This document shows, piece after piece, positions 1 to 13,435 of a DNA stretch of 64,000 nt (positions are counted from its first letter, which is position 1; each line of letters begins with the position of its first letter). The position numbers were made by a program, and so were the translations under genes. The notes under the pieces were generated by a model that was not told where the DNA came from, did not search any database, and worked only from the letters and a program-made list of their open reading frames with translations. Where the stretch lies: contig CM120645.1 in NCBI GenBank assembly GCA_051362555.1, positions 22,010,001 to 22,074,000 of the forward strand, written 5' to 3'. The stretch is from Lingula anatina. Lineage: Eukaryota > Animalia > Brachiopoda.

Positions 1-29
1 GGGAATCCCCGAAAATTGTATAAGATCTT

Positions 30-1025
30 TTTAGTACGCCAGGTGTCACTTTTTAGTGACAATATTTCCCGCTTGGGGCGCGACTTAAGGGGGCAGCAGG
101 CCCCACCTTCCGCGTTGTTAGACTGTGTGTGATGGGGAATTGGATTTTGTTGTGTGCCTGGTGCTCAAATAGGAGAAACTTAACTAAAAAACATAGTTTA
201 TTTTGATTTCCCGTTATGTAAGTTTTTTTCATAAATTTGAAAATATTTTCTTTATTGAAATTTAACAGCTACGTGCAAATGGAATTACTCAACAGATGAA
301 AGGTAGCCTGATCTATAAACGCCAAATACCAGAGCTTAGTTTTACCAATAAAATAGATTATTGATCCAACGCGTGCAAAATGCCCTACAAAGTACTTATA
401 AAAACCCAGAATATAGTTAATATATACATGTATAGAATCAGCGTAAAAAAACTTATCCATAATTTTACTCAAGTTTGTCAGGTCAATACTGCCTTGATAC
501 ATGCTTTTAAACATGTAAACGGTAACATAATGTAAGCATTAGGAAAAAAAACCCGACTCTCCAAAAATTTTCTACCGAGCTAAAATCTAACGCAGGATAT
601 TCCTTGCGCGTAGACATGCCATAGGACAAGAACACGAAACATGTTCCACTGTTTGGATTTCACCGGTACCACAGATACGTTTTTGATCCTCTAAGGGGAT
701 GCGAGACCAGCGGTCCTTCTCTACTGTCAGGTCATGTGGTGACAACCTGTACCGGACTGCAATAATGCTCTCTAACTCCCTGACGTCCATATCAGTATAA
801 AGTCCGTGTTGGTTAGATCCGGGTTAATCTCCCTATACATTAGGCCTACAACTTTACAATTTTGATACGCATGCACGCACCCTTACAATACATTCATCAC
901 TTAAAGTCAAAAATATTTAAAAAATTTGTACGCTTGCATGGTGCATCCGTGCGTACGCCTTTGGTCACGTCCTTGTGTAATTTTGGCAATTCTTGATCCC
1001 TAAAAAGCGACACCTGGCGTACCAA
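30..1025. mobile_element. ~1 kb non-autonomous element bounded by ~26-bp inverted repeats
   Basis: TTTTAGTACGCCAGGTGTCACTTTTTAG (~29-56) is the near-perfect reverse complement of CTAAAAAGCGACACCTGGCGTACCAAAA (~1000-1027). No coding capacity inside; no clear TSD. Confidence 0.5.
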
Positions 1026-1164
1026 AAAAAAAAAAAAAAAGTTGATGTGATAGGGATGGTAGTCCGCGAGGGACCGTAGTCAATTCACCATTATTTTTTA
1101 CAGTTGACATTCGTCCCATATACTAACCCCAACACATCGACTAACCCTAGCTAACCTGTACTTA

Positions 1165-1289
1165 CCCTCTACCAGGGCCTCAGTTATAATTGTGGACATT
1201 TTTGACATCAGACCATAATGACTGTCTATTTATATAGAGACATATCTGTGGATATCTGTGGAAAAACAATCTGTCGCCCTGGTAGAGGG
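1165..1289. mobile_element. Small MITE (~125 bp)
   Basis: Perfect TIR CCCTCTACCAGGGC / GCCCTGGTAGAGGG flanked by TTA / TAA. Confidence 0.55.
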
Positions 1290-1519
1290 TAACCAGTACT
1301 AATCATATGGGAGCCCGGACTTCCATTCCTTGGACTAGCATTCCTGCCGTAGGTATCGGTTCTGCTGAGGACCTTAGAATGAAATAAAGCCTAAGTCAAC
1401 GCCTTTTGTAGGTTTTGTAAGCAGGACAACAATGGAGAGGTCGTTATTGTAACTCGGTGAATACTTATGATGGCCCGTCTCGTGCGCACTAGTTTAGCTT
1501 ATTGATAGAATAATTTTAA

Positions 1520-3114
1520 GGGGTCTAGGATATTAAAAATACGTCTAAAACTCGATTTTTAGTTTTTTATACGTTAGAAATAATCAATTTTGTATCTAAT
1601 ACTCAATTAAGTTATATTTGTGAAACACGGACTAAAAATATACATTTGGACGAGTTTTTCTACCTGTCCTGACTGGTACGGGTGGCAGGCTTTAGGCTCC
1701 GCCTCCGTTGTCAAGCACCGTTACTATGGGGGGCGGGGCAAGAATGGTTGTCTAACTTCTTAAGCTGTTACGCGTGCCCTGGCAGCTCATAAGTCTTACG
1801 TCAGCTAAGCAGAACACAGTTATATAAACAGTCATGGGAAGAAAGAAAGTCGTGAGAAAACGGATGAGCGAGGAAAACAAGAGAATTTTGAAAGAGAGTG
1901 TACGATATATTAAATTTTCTACTATAGAGTCTAAATCACGTCTAGGTAAAGACTCGAGATCACACTTGAACTGCTGAGTATTCGTACAACGTCTGGGGTT
2001 GTCAGAAAAAAATCGTTAGGCAATCATTTTATGCACAATAAAGATTGTAATAGCAAGCAAGTTTTTAAGTAATATTGCCAACCAAAACATTTTCAAGTTC
2101 GCATATTACGGTCTTGGCACTCTGTGGCATCATGGCATATGCGTACCCACATTCGGCCATTTCTCGGAGTAAATCTTGCTTTGCTTTCTCAATTTTCGTG
2201 TCTTGGTGTGTAGAGCGGCGTCCACGCACGACGGGTGGCAAATTTCCTCTGCTGGCACACCAAGTAATCCTCTTTTTGTTTGTAAGCGCTTCCTTAGACA
2301 CTTCCTAGACAGTGCACAGACTCCTACTGCGTCAGGCACAATTATGATTAATTACGTCAGTGAAACGAGAGAAGGTAGACCTACTCAGCTGTCAATCATT
2401 TCTTAGGGAAGAGCGGCTTTCGTGGTACGAATAAGTTTGCGTACAAAAGTAAGATTTTCTGGCATCTAGATAGAAACAAACAACCCAATTTTAACACGTT
2501 ATGGTGTATAGACCTTCCCGATCAACAAGATGATAACAGGTAAGGTGGAGGTGCAATTATTTTGCTTAAATAGCCCAATTACCTGAGCAAAATGGTTTAG
2601 GAGCGATTTCTCAGCTTTGAAGATTGATAACATAGTCTAAACTTCAATACCCATATCTCATTCTGTAACTGTCAGATTGACATGAAATTTGATGTGTCTC
2701 TGTTTCAGTATAATATCTAGTCGACTGAGTCTTGGTTTTTGGATTGACCTTTTATTTTTGAAGTTATTAATACTGAAATTGGAAGGTCCATATATATTTC
2801 GTAAAATTAACGTTTTATCAAAATAAAATCAAAAGCAAAAATAAAAAGAGAAAATCCTGACAGAGATCACTGGAGTTTGTGCTAACTTTTAGATAGCTAT
2901 TTCAATCGTATTAATAGGGCTTTTTGTTTAAGAGAAATTCTTGATTAAAAAAAAGACAATTTTAGCCTCAAAACGCTGATATTACGTCACTCGTGTTACA
3001 CTGTGACTACAAACTTTGAAAAATTGTTTGGCTTGCTAGACCTTATCTTTAAGTTAATAGGAAATTTCATTAGCTGCATTAGTTTTGGAGTTTTTCGTTA
3101 ATATCCAAGATCCC
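1520..3114. mobile_element. Non-autonomous DNA transposon, Kolobok-like (TTAA TSD, GG...CC termini)
   Basis: TTAA|GGGGTCTAGGATATTAA at 1516-1536 and TTAATATCCAAGATCCC|TTAA at 3098-3118. Purine-purine termini with a TTAA TSD fit Kolobok rather than piggyBac (CCC...GGG). No transposase ORF. Confidence 0.65.
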
Positions 3115-3397
3115 TTAAGACCAGCGCACGCTGACAAATAAAATGCAGATCGGACTTATGTTTATATTTTAATGTCCTTTATAACGCATGTGCGTGTTGA
3201 TTTACATGGTAAGCAAGGTCGACCTCTGTTTTTTTTTTTTTTTTACTCTTTTATTTTTGGCTAATCGACGACGATAATATACTTGGTTATCGCAGGCAGA
3301 AGATGGAATAGCTACGCGTAAACAAATAACACAAAACAGATCATTGTGTGTAGGCCCTATATGTAAAACAGCACTCTTGGTCATCCAAACTCATTTA

Positions 3398-3912
3398 GGC
3401 CATGTTCAAAATAAAAGTCATCGTACCAGCAGAATCGATTTACGTCTGAGAGGAATCTCGTTCAAGGCACTCCACGTAATCAACTTAATTGTCTGACACG
3501 CCCCATTGGAAAGATAGGGGCTAAAGGCGCATTCCCATAGATTTTAGATCGATCTATCCCCGTGGGGAGTCTCACTAGATTACTGTCTGATAATCCGCTT
3601 AAATGTCCGTCCCGCCTACTACAAGCTGTAGGGGGTAATTAACTGTCATGCCCGCTCGGCTGACGGCTATCTAGCGTGAACCCCCAGGGAGTTAGATCGA
3701 TATAGTTGGATCAATCTAATCTCTGGGAATGGGGTCTAACATTCGTGTGCGAAAACAAGCGACCACCTTTCACATACTCCAAAAAGTTACCCGTTGCTTC
3801 TCTAGGGGGCGTGCCAGACAAGTAAGCTAATTAATTGCTTGCCCTTCATTGAGATTCTCCTCAGAGCTGGATCGATCCTGCTGCTACCATAACTTTTATT
3901 CTGCACACGACC
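3398..3912. mobile_element. PIF/Harbinger-type MITE with ~115-bp imperfect TIRs
   Basis: GGCCATGTTCAAAATAAAAGTCATCGTACCAGCAG... pairs with ...CTGCTGCTACCATAACTTTTATTCTGCACACGACC. TTA is duplicated on both sides (3395-3397, 3913-3915). Confidence 0.7.
3525..3736. mobile_element. Harbinger-type MITE nested in the previous MITE
   Basis: TAA flanks; TIR ...CATTCCCA / TGGGAATG...; palindromic body. Related copies at 5315-5534 and ~18352-18606. Confidence 0.6.
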
Positions 3913-5314
3913 TTATGCGTACCGAATGCGATAGTCTGGTAGAATTCCAACACATATAATCTATTCATCACGCGCTTCTCTGCAAAATGTATGCTACTGG
4001 GTGACCCGTAGATTCACACCCGCTAGAACTTCTTCAAATCCTAAGCAACAATTCATTTTCAAAGTAAGAAAAACAAACTCCACAAAACGTTCTTTGATGC
4101 AACAAAAAAGTTGCATTTATTTCTATGAACATTTTACATGCACTAAGTACATGCTATCGACCACGAAATAAAATATGACAATCAATATTGACAAAACTTG
4201 GGGCAAATCCACTTGTTGAAGTATCAGATTTAATTGAATATCATAATATTACAAGACTAAATAAGGCACACACAGACAGTTAAAGCTACATGTTGGATGA
4301 ATCTTGGACATAATAACATTATTATGTCCAAGGATGAATCGAACAATTCTCAACTAAATCAGTCAACCCGCCCCCCCCCCCCCCCCCCCCCCCCCCGACA
4401 CACTCAAATAGCTCATATGAATGATTAAGAAAGTGTTAAGTTTTTCCTACATTGCACCATAAGTATGGCCAGCAGGTTATTCAATCAGGGTATAAAGGAG
4501 ATTACATACAGTATGTACCCGTGTCTTTTTCTTTGTCTATCTATTTTATCCACCTAGTCATTTAGTTATTTGCAAAGCTATTGGTCAAGCACCTTCATAG
4601 AGACTCGATCTATTTTGCTTTTTATATCTTTAATATTTTAAGTATAAACGTATGCATGCATGTGTGCTTACGTGCGTGTGTTTGTGAGTGTGTTTGCTGT
4701 TTTTGCTAATTGATCTGTTTACAAACCAATTATGTGTATGCGTATCCTTAAAAGTACATACCCTATTCATAGATCCATGGAAAATACCGCATATTATAAT
4801 CCAAACATTTATTATTAAAATGATAGTAATATATTGCTATTGTTATTATTGTTATTCCATTGATGTTTTTAAATTGAAATCGTTATTTCTAAATGGGTCA
4901 TACAAGCTTGAAATTTGGGTTACGGCAAAAATAATTTTTCATTGGTAACGAGGCGAAACTGAAAAAAAAGCACTTGTATAATTTTACTTTTTTTTTTTTT
5001 TTGAAATTACCCTGCCTTTTTTATAGTTTGAAAAGTAAAAACACGATATCGCAACTAACATCCCCATGACATGCTGTGATCACGTACATGAACTACAAGA
5101 AGGGTCATATAGCAATTAAGGCTATAAAGCTATCAGACAAAACGAGCGCTTTCAAAAAGACTCGACCTTGCCTATTTGATATGCGATGCGGGTCCTTGGG
5201 GAGAAAACTCCATTGACTTAATTGACAAAAACATTTTTGTCACGGACGTCCTTAAAATGAAGGTTATTCACGTAGGCCTCAATAGTCATCCCCCAATTAC
5301 AAATATGTGCTTTA

Positions 5315-5534
5315 GGGGTAATTCCTAATGAAACTACCGTTCTGCGTAGATTGATCGCTGAATGCACATTGATTTCTCCTCGCATTGATTCGAATACAGA
5401 AAAACTGGTGATTATACGAATCCGTTGGAAACAAGAAGAGACGTGTTAATCTTTTTAACTGATTGCATTCAGCAAGAGGCCCTGCGGAGTTGGATCGATC
5501 TACGCAGGACGACAGTTTCATGGGGAATGGGCCC
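5315..5534. mobile_element. Harbinger/Tourist-like MITE
   Basis: ~45-bp imperfect TIR: GGGGTAATTCCTAATGAAACTACCGTTCTGCGTAGATTGATC vs GATCGATCTACGCAGGACGACAGTTTCATGGGGAATGGGCCC; TTA/TAA flanks. Confidence 0.65.
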
Positions 5535-5665
5535 TAAGAATCGTGTAGTTTGCGTATTAGCATTGCAGCTGTTGGTGACCTGCATGGCTATCAGGTCGCA
5601 CAGTCTCGTTTCGAGCTAAGCGAATTTATACTTATGAAATTCACATAAACTGTGTTATGTTGCAG

Positions 5666-6133
5666 GGACAATCTTCTGGCGCTTGACATATATTACGAAG
5701 AACTCAACCTTGAGTCCATGGAACAGAAGAAAGCGGTGGAAGAGTCGGGGCTTTTGAGTGAGTTCACACAAAACGATGCTTTGATTTTTTGGGATTATTC
5801 ACTTACAAATAGTAGCGTTGGTGAAAAAAAAGTTGCATTAAAGGAATACAAGACATGATCTCACTTTTCTTAAGCAGCAAGAACTGTAAATATTAAAAAA
5901 AAAAACGAAAATGGCTATTTTTGATGCGTAGTCTAGACTAGGCATCTTATTATTAGTTTATTGCTAAAGGGATATATGTTAAGATATTTGTATTTATTTC
6001 AGGTGATATTGGAGGCCAACTGGGGTTATTCATGGGATTTAGTGCGCTCACATTTATAGAGTTTTTCGAGTACATCATTCTCAAATTCCGCAGATTGACA
6101 CGCCGAAGAAAAATCATCGAGCCGATAGTTTAA
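5666..6133 (+). CDS. ASIC: ASIC-like / DEG-ENaC sodium channel, last two coding exons (5666-5757, 6003-6133); 5' part lies outside the window
   Basis: Exons are AG/GT-bounded and phase-compatible. They splice to [73 protein letters not shown], matching the ASIC pre-TM2/TM2 signature (GLLGDIGGQMGLFIGAS), with a GxS filter (GFS). Confidence 0.92.
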
Positions 6134-6494
6134 GTAGAGGGGTGTTAAGAGACAAAACCTTTGAACCCACATACAGACGATTGGTATTATATTATTAAAC
6201 GCCACTCGTTGACTTCGGTAATAGCTGCAAAACTCACCAATTACCAAGAGTACGCAGCAGCCAGGTTTGGGGGGCTATAGGCCTAACATCAATTTCGACT
6301 GTACATGTACAGCAACATGTACAGCATGTGTACATCTTTTCCCAGTGTGTAACTAAGGGTGAAAATCAGAACAGTTTGAAATTCAATAATAAGTACCAGT
6401 CTTTTGTGGAAGTTTATCATTGTCGTTACCATGGCAACCGAAGGTGATCCAAACAAAAATCGATATCCATGTTGGTTTAGGGCTATAATGAGCA

Positions 6495-6583
6495 AAAAAC
6501 AAACAAACAAACAAACAAACAAACAAACTAACAAACAAACAAAACAAACAAACAAACAAATAAAAAAACAAACAAACAAACAA
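6495..6583. repeat. (AAAC)n microsatellite
   Basis: Direct reading. Confidence 0.95.
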
Positions 6584-8111
6584 AAAATTAAAAAAAAAAG
6601 ATTTTATCGAAATCTGAGAGGGTCATATTCAACCCTGTTCTTTAAACCCTGTTCTGGATCTTACAAAGATTATTGCTTAATTTCCTGCTGAACACATACG
6701 TGAGTAAAATGTAAAGGTCTAACTTGTTTTTTACCAAAACGTGAAACTTGTGATCCATATTGCAGCAGCCGTTGCAATCCTGACCAAAAAACCGACATCT
6801 GTATTTCCTACAGAGAAATACTATGACTGTCCCGCCAAGAAATATATTTTCGTAGAACATTCTGGTTCAGAATATGCGTTACTTCTTATATGGGCAATAC
6901 AATGCGCATTTTTATTATACAAACACAATGACACTGTGATACAGATCTGGAAAGCATATATTTTATTGGAAACTCTTCTTTCTGGAATAATTGGATCGTA
7001 TACAATTCAAACGGTGAGTGAATTGCTAATCGTGAGGCAAATTGTTCTATACATAATGCACACATTTACATCTATGCATAGATTTATCACCGAAAAATGT
7101 ACTAAAGTGCATAGCATGTATTATACGTATTCACACGTATGTATTGATAATATATGGTCCATCGTTCTTGTGATTATAATATTTATAATATTCAATCTAA
7201 CTTAAATACATAGTCCAATTTTGTGTACATGTGTAGATTTTCTTCCGTTGTAGGCGTGTGCTCGTGAAGCATATATACTTTACAGTAGTTAACTAAATAT
7301 TCTCATTTGAGTTATGAAATTAAAGCCCGAAAAAGTAAATAACATATATATTAGTAAGTTGAATTCCTGGGATATTGTCCAATATATTGTAACCAACTAG
7401 AGCTGGGGAATATGATATGCTTATCCAATTCTTGGCTTTTCTTCCCCATTCTGTCAATTTTGTAAAAATAACGATAAGCCGCATTCCAACTATTATATGC
7501 CATGATTTCTGTGATTGTGAATCAGTTAAACTTTTCAACAGTTTCAATCATGTTACACATATGTGCTAATAATAAATGAATACACAATGAAATGCATGTT
7601 TTGTGTTGACATATCTGTCTTCTATGTGGTCAGGAGTTATGTGGCAACATGGCAATAAAACCTTCCACTAAAACAGAGTAACACATACGTTGTATACTTC
7701 ACGATATAAATAGTATCACTATTTATATCATGAAGTAGATCATGGATCATTATTTTAGCTCTCCAAACACATGATACTTCTATTCGGAATATGTATCTCC
7801 AAAACAATTTTCATCCACTACTTGAAATAATATTTAAAAAAAAAATGAACTCTAGAAAAAGCAAAACATTCTGGTTTTGCGTCAAAGTTAACTTTGTTAA
7901 TACAACTTTTTGTCTAATACTATATTATCTCCAGACAATATATATGACTACTCGATCTACTATTAGTTATCGAAGCTTCTTTACCGTTTTCACAGTTTTA
8001 TTGCTTTAGGCACTAGGCATGTCCAGTATGCTTCCTCGAACTTGATGTTAAACAGGCCTTTTGATAAGCTCGTAAAATAAAGATTACTTATAAATGGTGT
8101 ACCGTGGTGAT

Positions 8112-11100
8112 TCATTCTCTTCCATATATGGATATGGGCATCTTGAGGGCCACTTGCGGAACTTGCGGTGGTTTTGTTGTCCGGTCAACGATTGGTGGAG
8201 CGTTATTTCCAGTACTAGTAGAGGCCTGCGGTTCTCTAAACCCCCTCCGGTCTTGTGAGCCCCTGTTTCCATATTGCGTGTATCCAGTCGGTTGGTAATT
8301 CTGGCTACTGAAAGCACTGTGCTGCGGTTCCACTTTGTTAACGAAGGAAGAGTCGTTGTGAGGGGTAGATTGCGGTTTCGTAGGCCTTAGATTATTGGTA
8401 GCATAAATATTTTCTTCGTATCCTGGTATCATCGCCGTAGCTGCACCGAGGTTCAGTGTATCCCTTCTCCGTTCTGGGTATTGGAGGTTCCTGTTCCAAT
8501 AAGGCTTCGATTCTGATGCAATTTCAGCCTGTTCCTCTGGGGCATATCTGTTATATTCGCCAGAACGTCTTACGCCAGGCGTACCATGTTCTGTAGCATT
8601 CGTTGGTAGGGAATTGGGAGGGCCTCTTTGATCCACTGCAAGGTTGATGTATGTATTCCCTTTGGCCACTGTTGATACGTTTTGGTTCAGCCGGTTAGTG
8701 TCGTTTCTGAAGTTGTAATATCCATGCTGGCGAGGCACTTCATTTGGCTTAACATCCGCCTTAAATTGACCTGACGTATTGTCATTCGACGGAATTCTCT
8801 TTGGGGCAGCCGGGAAGGGGTATCCTGATCTATTTGGTGGAGGGTAAGAGGCAAGAGCAGAGCCGAAGTCTGACTTAACTTTGTCTTGCTTCGCTTGATG
8901 AACATGGGGATGTGATATTTTGTCCTCGTGTGGGTGATGCCAGTAATTTCGGAATTCGTAAGGATTAACCGGATGAGAACCGTGGATGTTGTGGCGATCG
9001 TGAACTCCATCATCACGAGGATTAGGGAAGTGGCCACCTTTAGGTTTCTTTAAGTCAGGGCAGACTATGAAAGCCGCTGCAATCACCACAATAATCAGCA
9101 GAGCCACCGCCGCAGAAGCACTACCAATGGCGATTTGTTGAACGGGAGAGAGTCCTGATGATGATGACGCGGTTGTGTCTTGGGTCGTACTTGTTACTGG
9201 CTCTACTGAGGGTAACGGATAACTGTAGACAAAAAATACCGAGACGATATTCGAAACTTGTCCTATCTTATTTTTGTCATCTGATGCCAAAAGCGCAATG
9301 AAATACGTGATGTTTGAATTAACTCTTTGGTTGAATTGGACGCGAAAAGTTTCTGTTGCACCCGCTGGCAAGGGTGAATCAAGTTTTCCCTGGATAATAT
9401 CCTTGTCAAGGAGTTTATAGGTGTTACTGAAGTTGAGCCGGAGTTGTGAGATTGAGGTGCTGTAGCGAATAATGTAACTCGATGCTGAAAGAAGGTAAAT
9501 GAATAAATAAGAATTACCGGTATCTATATAAAACAAGCGGGCCATTTAAGTTTTGCTTTGAATACTGATCATAGATAAAATCAACGATCCTTTTAGACGG
9601 AGAAAAGTACTTTGTTATGAAGCATGCAATATCAGTGTCTTTGAAAAGTGTCTTGAAATAATGAATCAGATTTTTTCGCAGTTATAAATCTATATCATGA
9701 AACGTGAAGTGATTATCCTTTGCTGTGCCTGTAGCATTATCGGCAAGGCTTTGATTTGCACGTATATACGTCAGTGCTTTGGTCTGGTTAATATGTCTAC
9801 TGAATCGGACATAATGCAAACAACTTCCTACTAACCTTTTCCTTGGTCCAGATCATCACCAGTTGCTGTCCAGGACAATGTAACAGTTTTATTCTCAGTG
9901 TTAACTGCTGACAACACCAGGTCGTAGATTCTGTCAGGAGGGTACAGGTCAGGTGGTTCTGAACCAGGCGTCGAAGTTGGGAGATTCTTAACTGTGAATA
10001 AACCTCCGCTGTCGGAACGCTCGAATGGTTCTATTGGTGTGTACACAACCTCCGACTTTATGGCATTTGCTGCAGCTTAAAATGTATCGACAGTTTTGCC
10101 AAAACGTTTGTAAAGGCCCAAATTGGTATAAGGTATTTTTCTCAAATTGCACAATGTCTCAGCTTTTTAGAGCAAATGAGTTAAGTAAATATAAAGCTGA
10201 AAGACGTGCACAAATGACAACTACTGATTTAGATGTACACATGCAAACATATAGGCCTAACTTTGTCATGTTGCTTGGTGTCGCTATCTTGTGCATTAAC
10301 ACTGCATGACAGTTAATCTGCATGTTATATCAAAATTGATCTAAAGAACGTTGATCGTTGTAATTCAACATACTTGACACAGCATGAAAAGGAGACTTAC
10401 ATGTAGTTATTTCTGATGACAGACAATTTTTACAAATGGTGACATTAGCACGTATGGTCATTAGGCAAGTTAAATATGCAAAAACGAGTTTATAGCTTAC
10501 TTGTGTTGGTAATGATTGGTAACCTTTGTCCACCAACCACAGACTTTACTGAAACACCTTCTTCACCTTTAACTACAACTCGCACAGAATGCGTCCCGTC
10601 GCCTTCAAATTTCAGGAAATATGCCGAGTAGATGCCATCGTTCTTGGTATTATCCGCACCTTTGTGAAAAACAAAAGACAGACATATAAGACATATTTTC
10701 TAATTATTTCTCAAAAGTATAAAGTTTGCAACTAAGCGAGGCTGAAATAGCAAGCCTAGGGATATGGGTCCTGCGTAAATGTGAAAATTAGAACTCTCAA
10801 TTATATTTGGGTTAAAAAGGTCGTATATATGTGATTTTTGCCAACAGAGTCCATTGCAGTTTATGTCAATTTTGAAGCTTGATAAAGGGTACACTTACTT
10901 TTTCGAGCAATGTGTGTTTGTAACGTATTTTCTTTTAAAAAAGCATGAAATACCGACATGATTTAATAAATAAGTGAAATAATAATCATGGAAGCGAATC
11001 CAAATTGATACAACGAATACGTATATTCACCTGCCCCGTTATCAAGCAGTTGTAGTGTGTGGGTATTCCCAGTACTTGCGTCAACATAAGCCATCACAGT

Positions 11101-11219
11101 GGCGCCAACTATCGGAGTGTAGCCTTGACTAACCTCTCCGTATATGACAATGCGGGACAAACTGGGGTCTGGAACGAAGATTGTACATGATAAGCGTGTC
11201 AAAAGAGAATGAAGGATAA

Positions 11220-11254
<35 letters not shown>

Positions 11255-13398
11255 AGCGGGGAAAAGGGTGCTTGGCGGAACTTATAGTCTTTAGTTGTTA
11301 AGCCTCATCAGTCATAATAATTCTTGAATGGCTAAGAAAACTGTAAGGGGTTATTTATCATCCATAAGTAACAAATGAGATTTTTATTGCATCCTATTAT
11401 TCATTAAGGCATCTCTCTTGGTGCTGATTTAAAACAATGAAATATATAAAATATTGGCGTTTATATTTCTCGTTGTTAGGTATGAGCAAAGGCCATTCAA
11501 AGCTTTTATCGTCAATTTAACACCATTCTATTTTAAGGTGAGAAAGCAATCTGGATTGTAGATACTTAATAAATAGAAACCATTACCATAATTATTATCA
11601 TCTGATACAAAATTACGTTCAGAGAAATTGTGCAAGGACATTTGGAGAAAGAGAAAACTAATTTAATGGGTTCATTAACCATAAATAAGTATGGGAATAA
11701 TTGCTGTTTACCCCATGGAAATCCATTTTGGCCAAAAATGAACAGTTGGTCTCCCTTGAAGCTTAGTTTTGTGCGTACCCGTATGAGGACGTGAGTGTTT
11801 GTGTCACCTCAAATAGGTGCGGTATTTAGTTTGAAAAGTTAAATACTACCTTTACCTGCAATATCTACGGTATCACTGCTCACACTGGCACTCAGTACAA
11901 TGGGTGCAGCGTCTGAAGAGGGGCGTGAAGAGACCTGGACCTGGACTGCAGCGGCGACGGAATACACATTTGTGACAGTATAGAACCATCTCCCGACCTG
12001 TTTAAAAAGGTAATTTGGCAAAAAAAAAAAACTCTTTTACAGAAGTGTATGTAATTTATGGAAATGCTTCGTTATCAGATGGCACATTATTACAAAATAC
12101 ATAAAAATTTGACCTCGTTTACTTTCCATTTCTTGGGATGGGCCCCTTTTGGGGTATCAACTCTATATGAGAGGTAAAATTCCACAATAAATTCATTTCA
12201 AATAACTAATAAATATAAAAATTCAGTTTCACCACCAAAACGGCGGTAAGTGCAATTATTTTGAAATTTATGCTTGCCGATCGGACCAGGTGGACTATAC
12301 AGATGGCTTCCATAAGAATTGATATTTTGAAACAACTTGGACTTACTTCCAATGTGGGAACAGATTCATTAACCATTTAAAAAGCATGGGAAATTTTGTG
12401 TTTGCTCCAGGAAATACTTTTATCGCACTTTCCGACAAAAATAAAGACTTGTTATCCCTTTAACTTGAAATCATCCCATTATCACCAGTCACCGTCTCTG
12501 ACAATTTTTTTTTTATTTTTCGTTTATGTGTCAATCGAGAATGAGCAGCAATACGCATAACTTTATTAAAACTGAAATATTTCATCATTTGATTATATAG
12601 ACCTACCTGTGTAGTGCCTTTAATATCAATACTCAGTACTCCAGACCCATAGTCCTGCGCAGTGGGCGTTATGGTCACATTGTCAGGTGCTGTCAATGTC
12701 ACAGTGATAGAAACAGTGCTCCATGTGAATAAAAACCGTGTGTTGTTGCCAATAGTGCTGTCAATATATATGGAACCTTCAAAAGAACCACCTCCACTGG
12801 GGACTGTAAACGATTCTGACATAATCTGTAATTAAGGGGGCAAACACTGCATTTTATAGTACAAATGTCTAACTAGGCATAAATGTTCCTTGGGCCAAAA
12901 GAAGATTTTTCATCCAAAGAGACACCCTCTATTGATGCATAAATTGGCATAAATTATACAAATTAGGTGCCAAAATATATAACATTTCATATTTCCATCA
13001 ATTTTTGATCTAGAAACATGTATAGATTATCAAACCTGACTAAACTAGGGACAAATAACCCATTTTTGATGTTATGGAAGCAATTGGTGGCCATTTTTCG
13101 CCTCAAATCCAAGATGGCCGCCACCCGCCATTTTGAAAGTTGACAATTTTGCTATTTTATGTTGAATTTTGAAGCGTTTGGTCTATATATTATTGATATA
13201 TATATTGATTCCTACTATTTTGAGGGTGCAAAAGTCATTTTTTATATTGTTTTGGTGATAGAAGGTGATAGAAGGGTGTTTTAAGTGCCTACCAAGATAT
13301 GTGTGAACGCTGCAAAACCATGGATATTGATAACCCGTATTCAAATATATCTCAATGCAATTTTATGTTATATACCATCAGTATTTGACTGTATTATT

Positions 13399-13435
<37 letters not shown>

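Noticed and set aside
1120-1160. CTAACC(C) units as interstitial telomeric repeats
   Set aside because: Only three scattered, imperfect units; more likely part of a repeat element.
1520-3114. piggyBac assignment, and short ORFs at 2065-2406 as a transposase
   Set aside because: Termini are GGG...CCC rather than CCC...GGG, and the ORFs show no DDE/D motifs.
6289-6691. Hydrophobic or KQTN-repeat ORFs
   Set aside because: Translations of the (AAAC)n microsatellite downstream of the ASIC stop.
6741-7205. 154-aa plus-strand ORF
   Set aside because: GTG start and no recognisable motif. The paralogous spacers (21360+, 49860+) carry frame-breaking indels.
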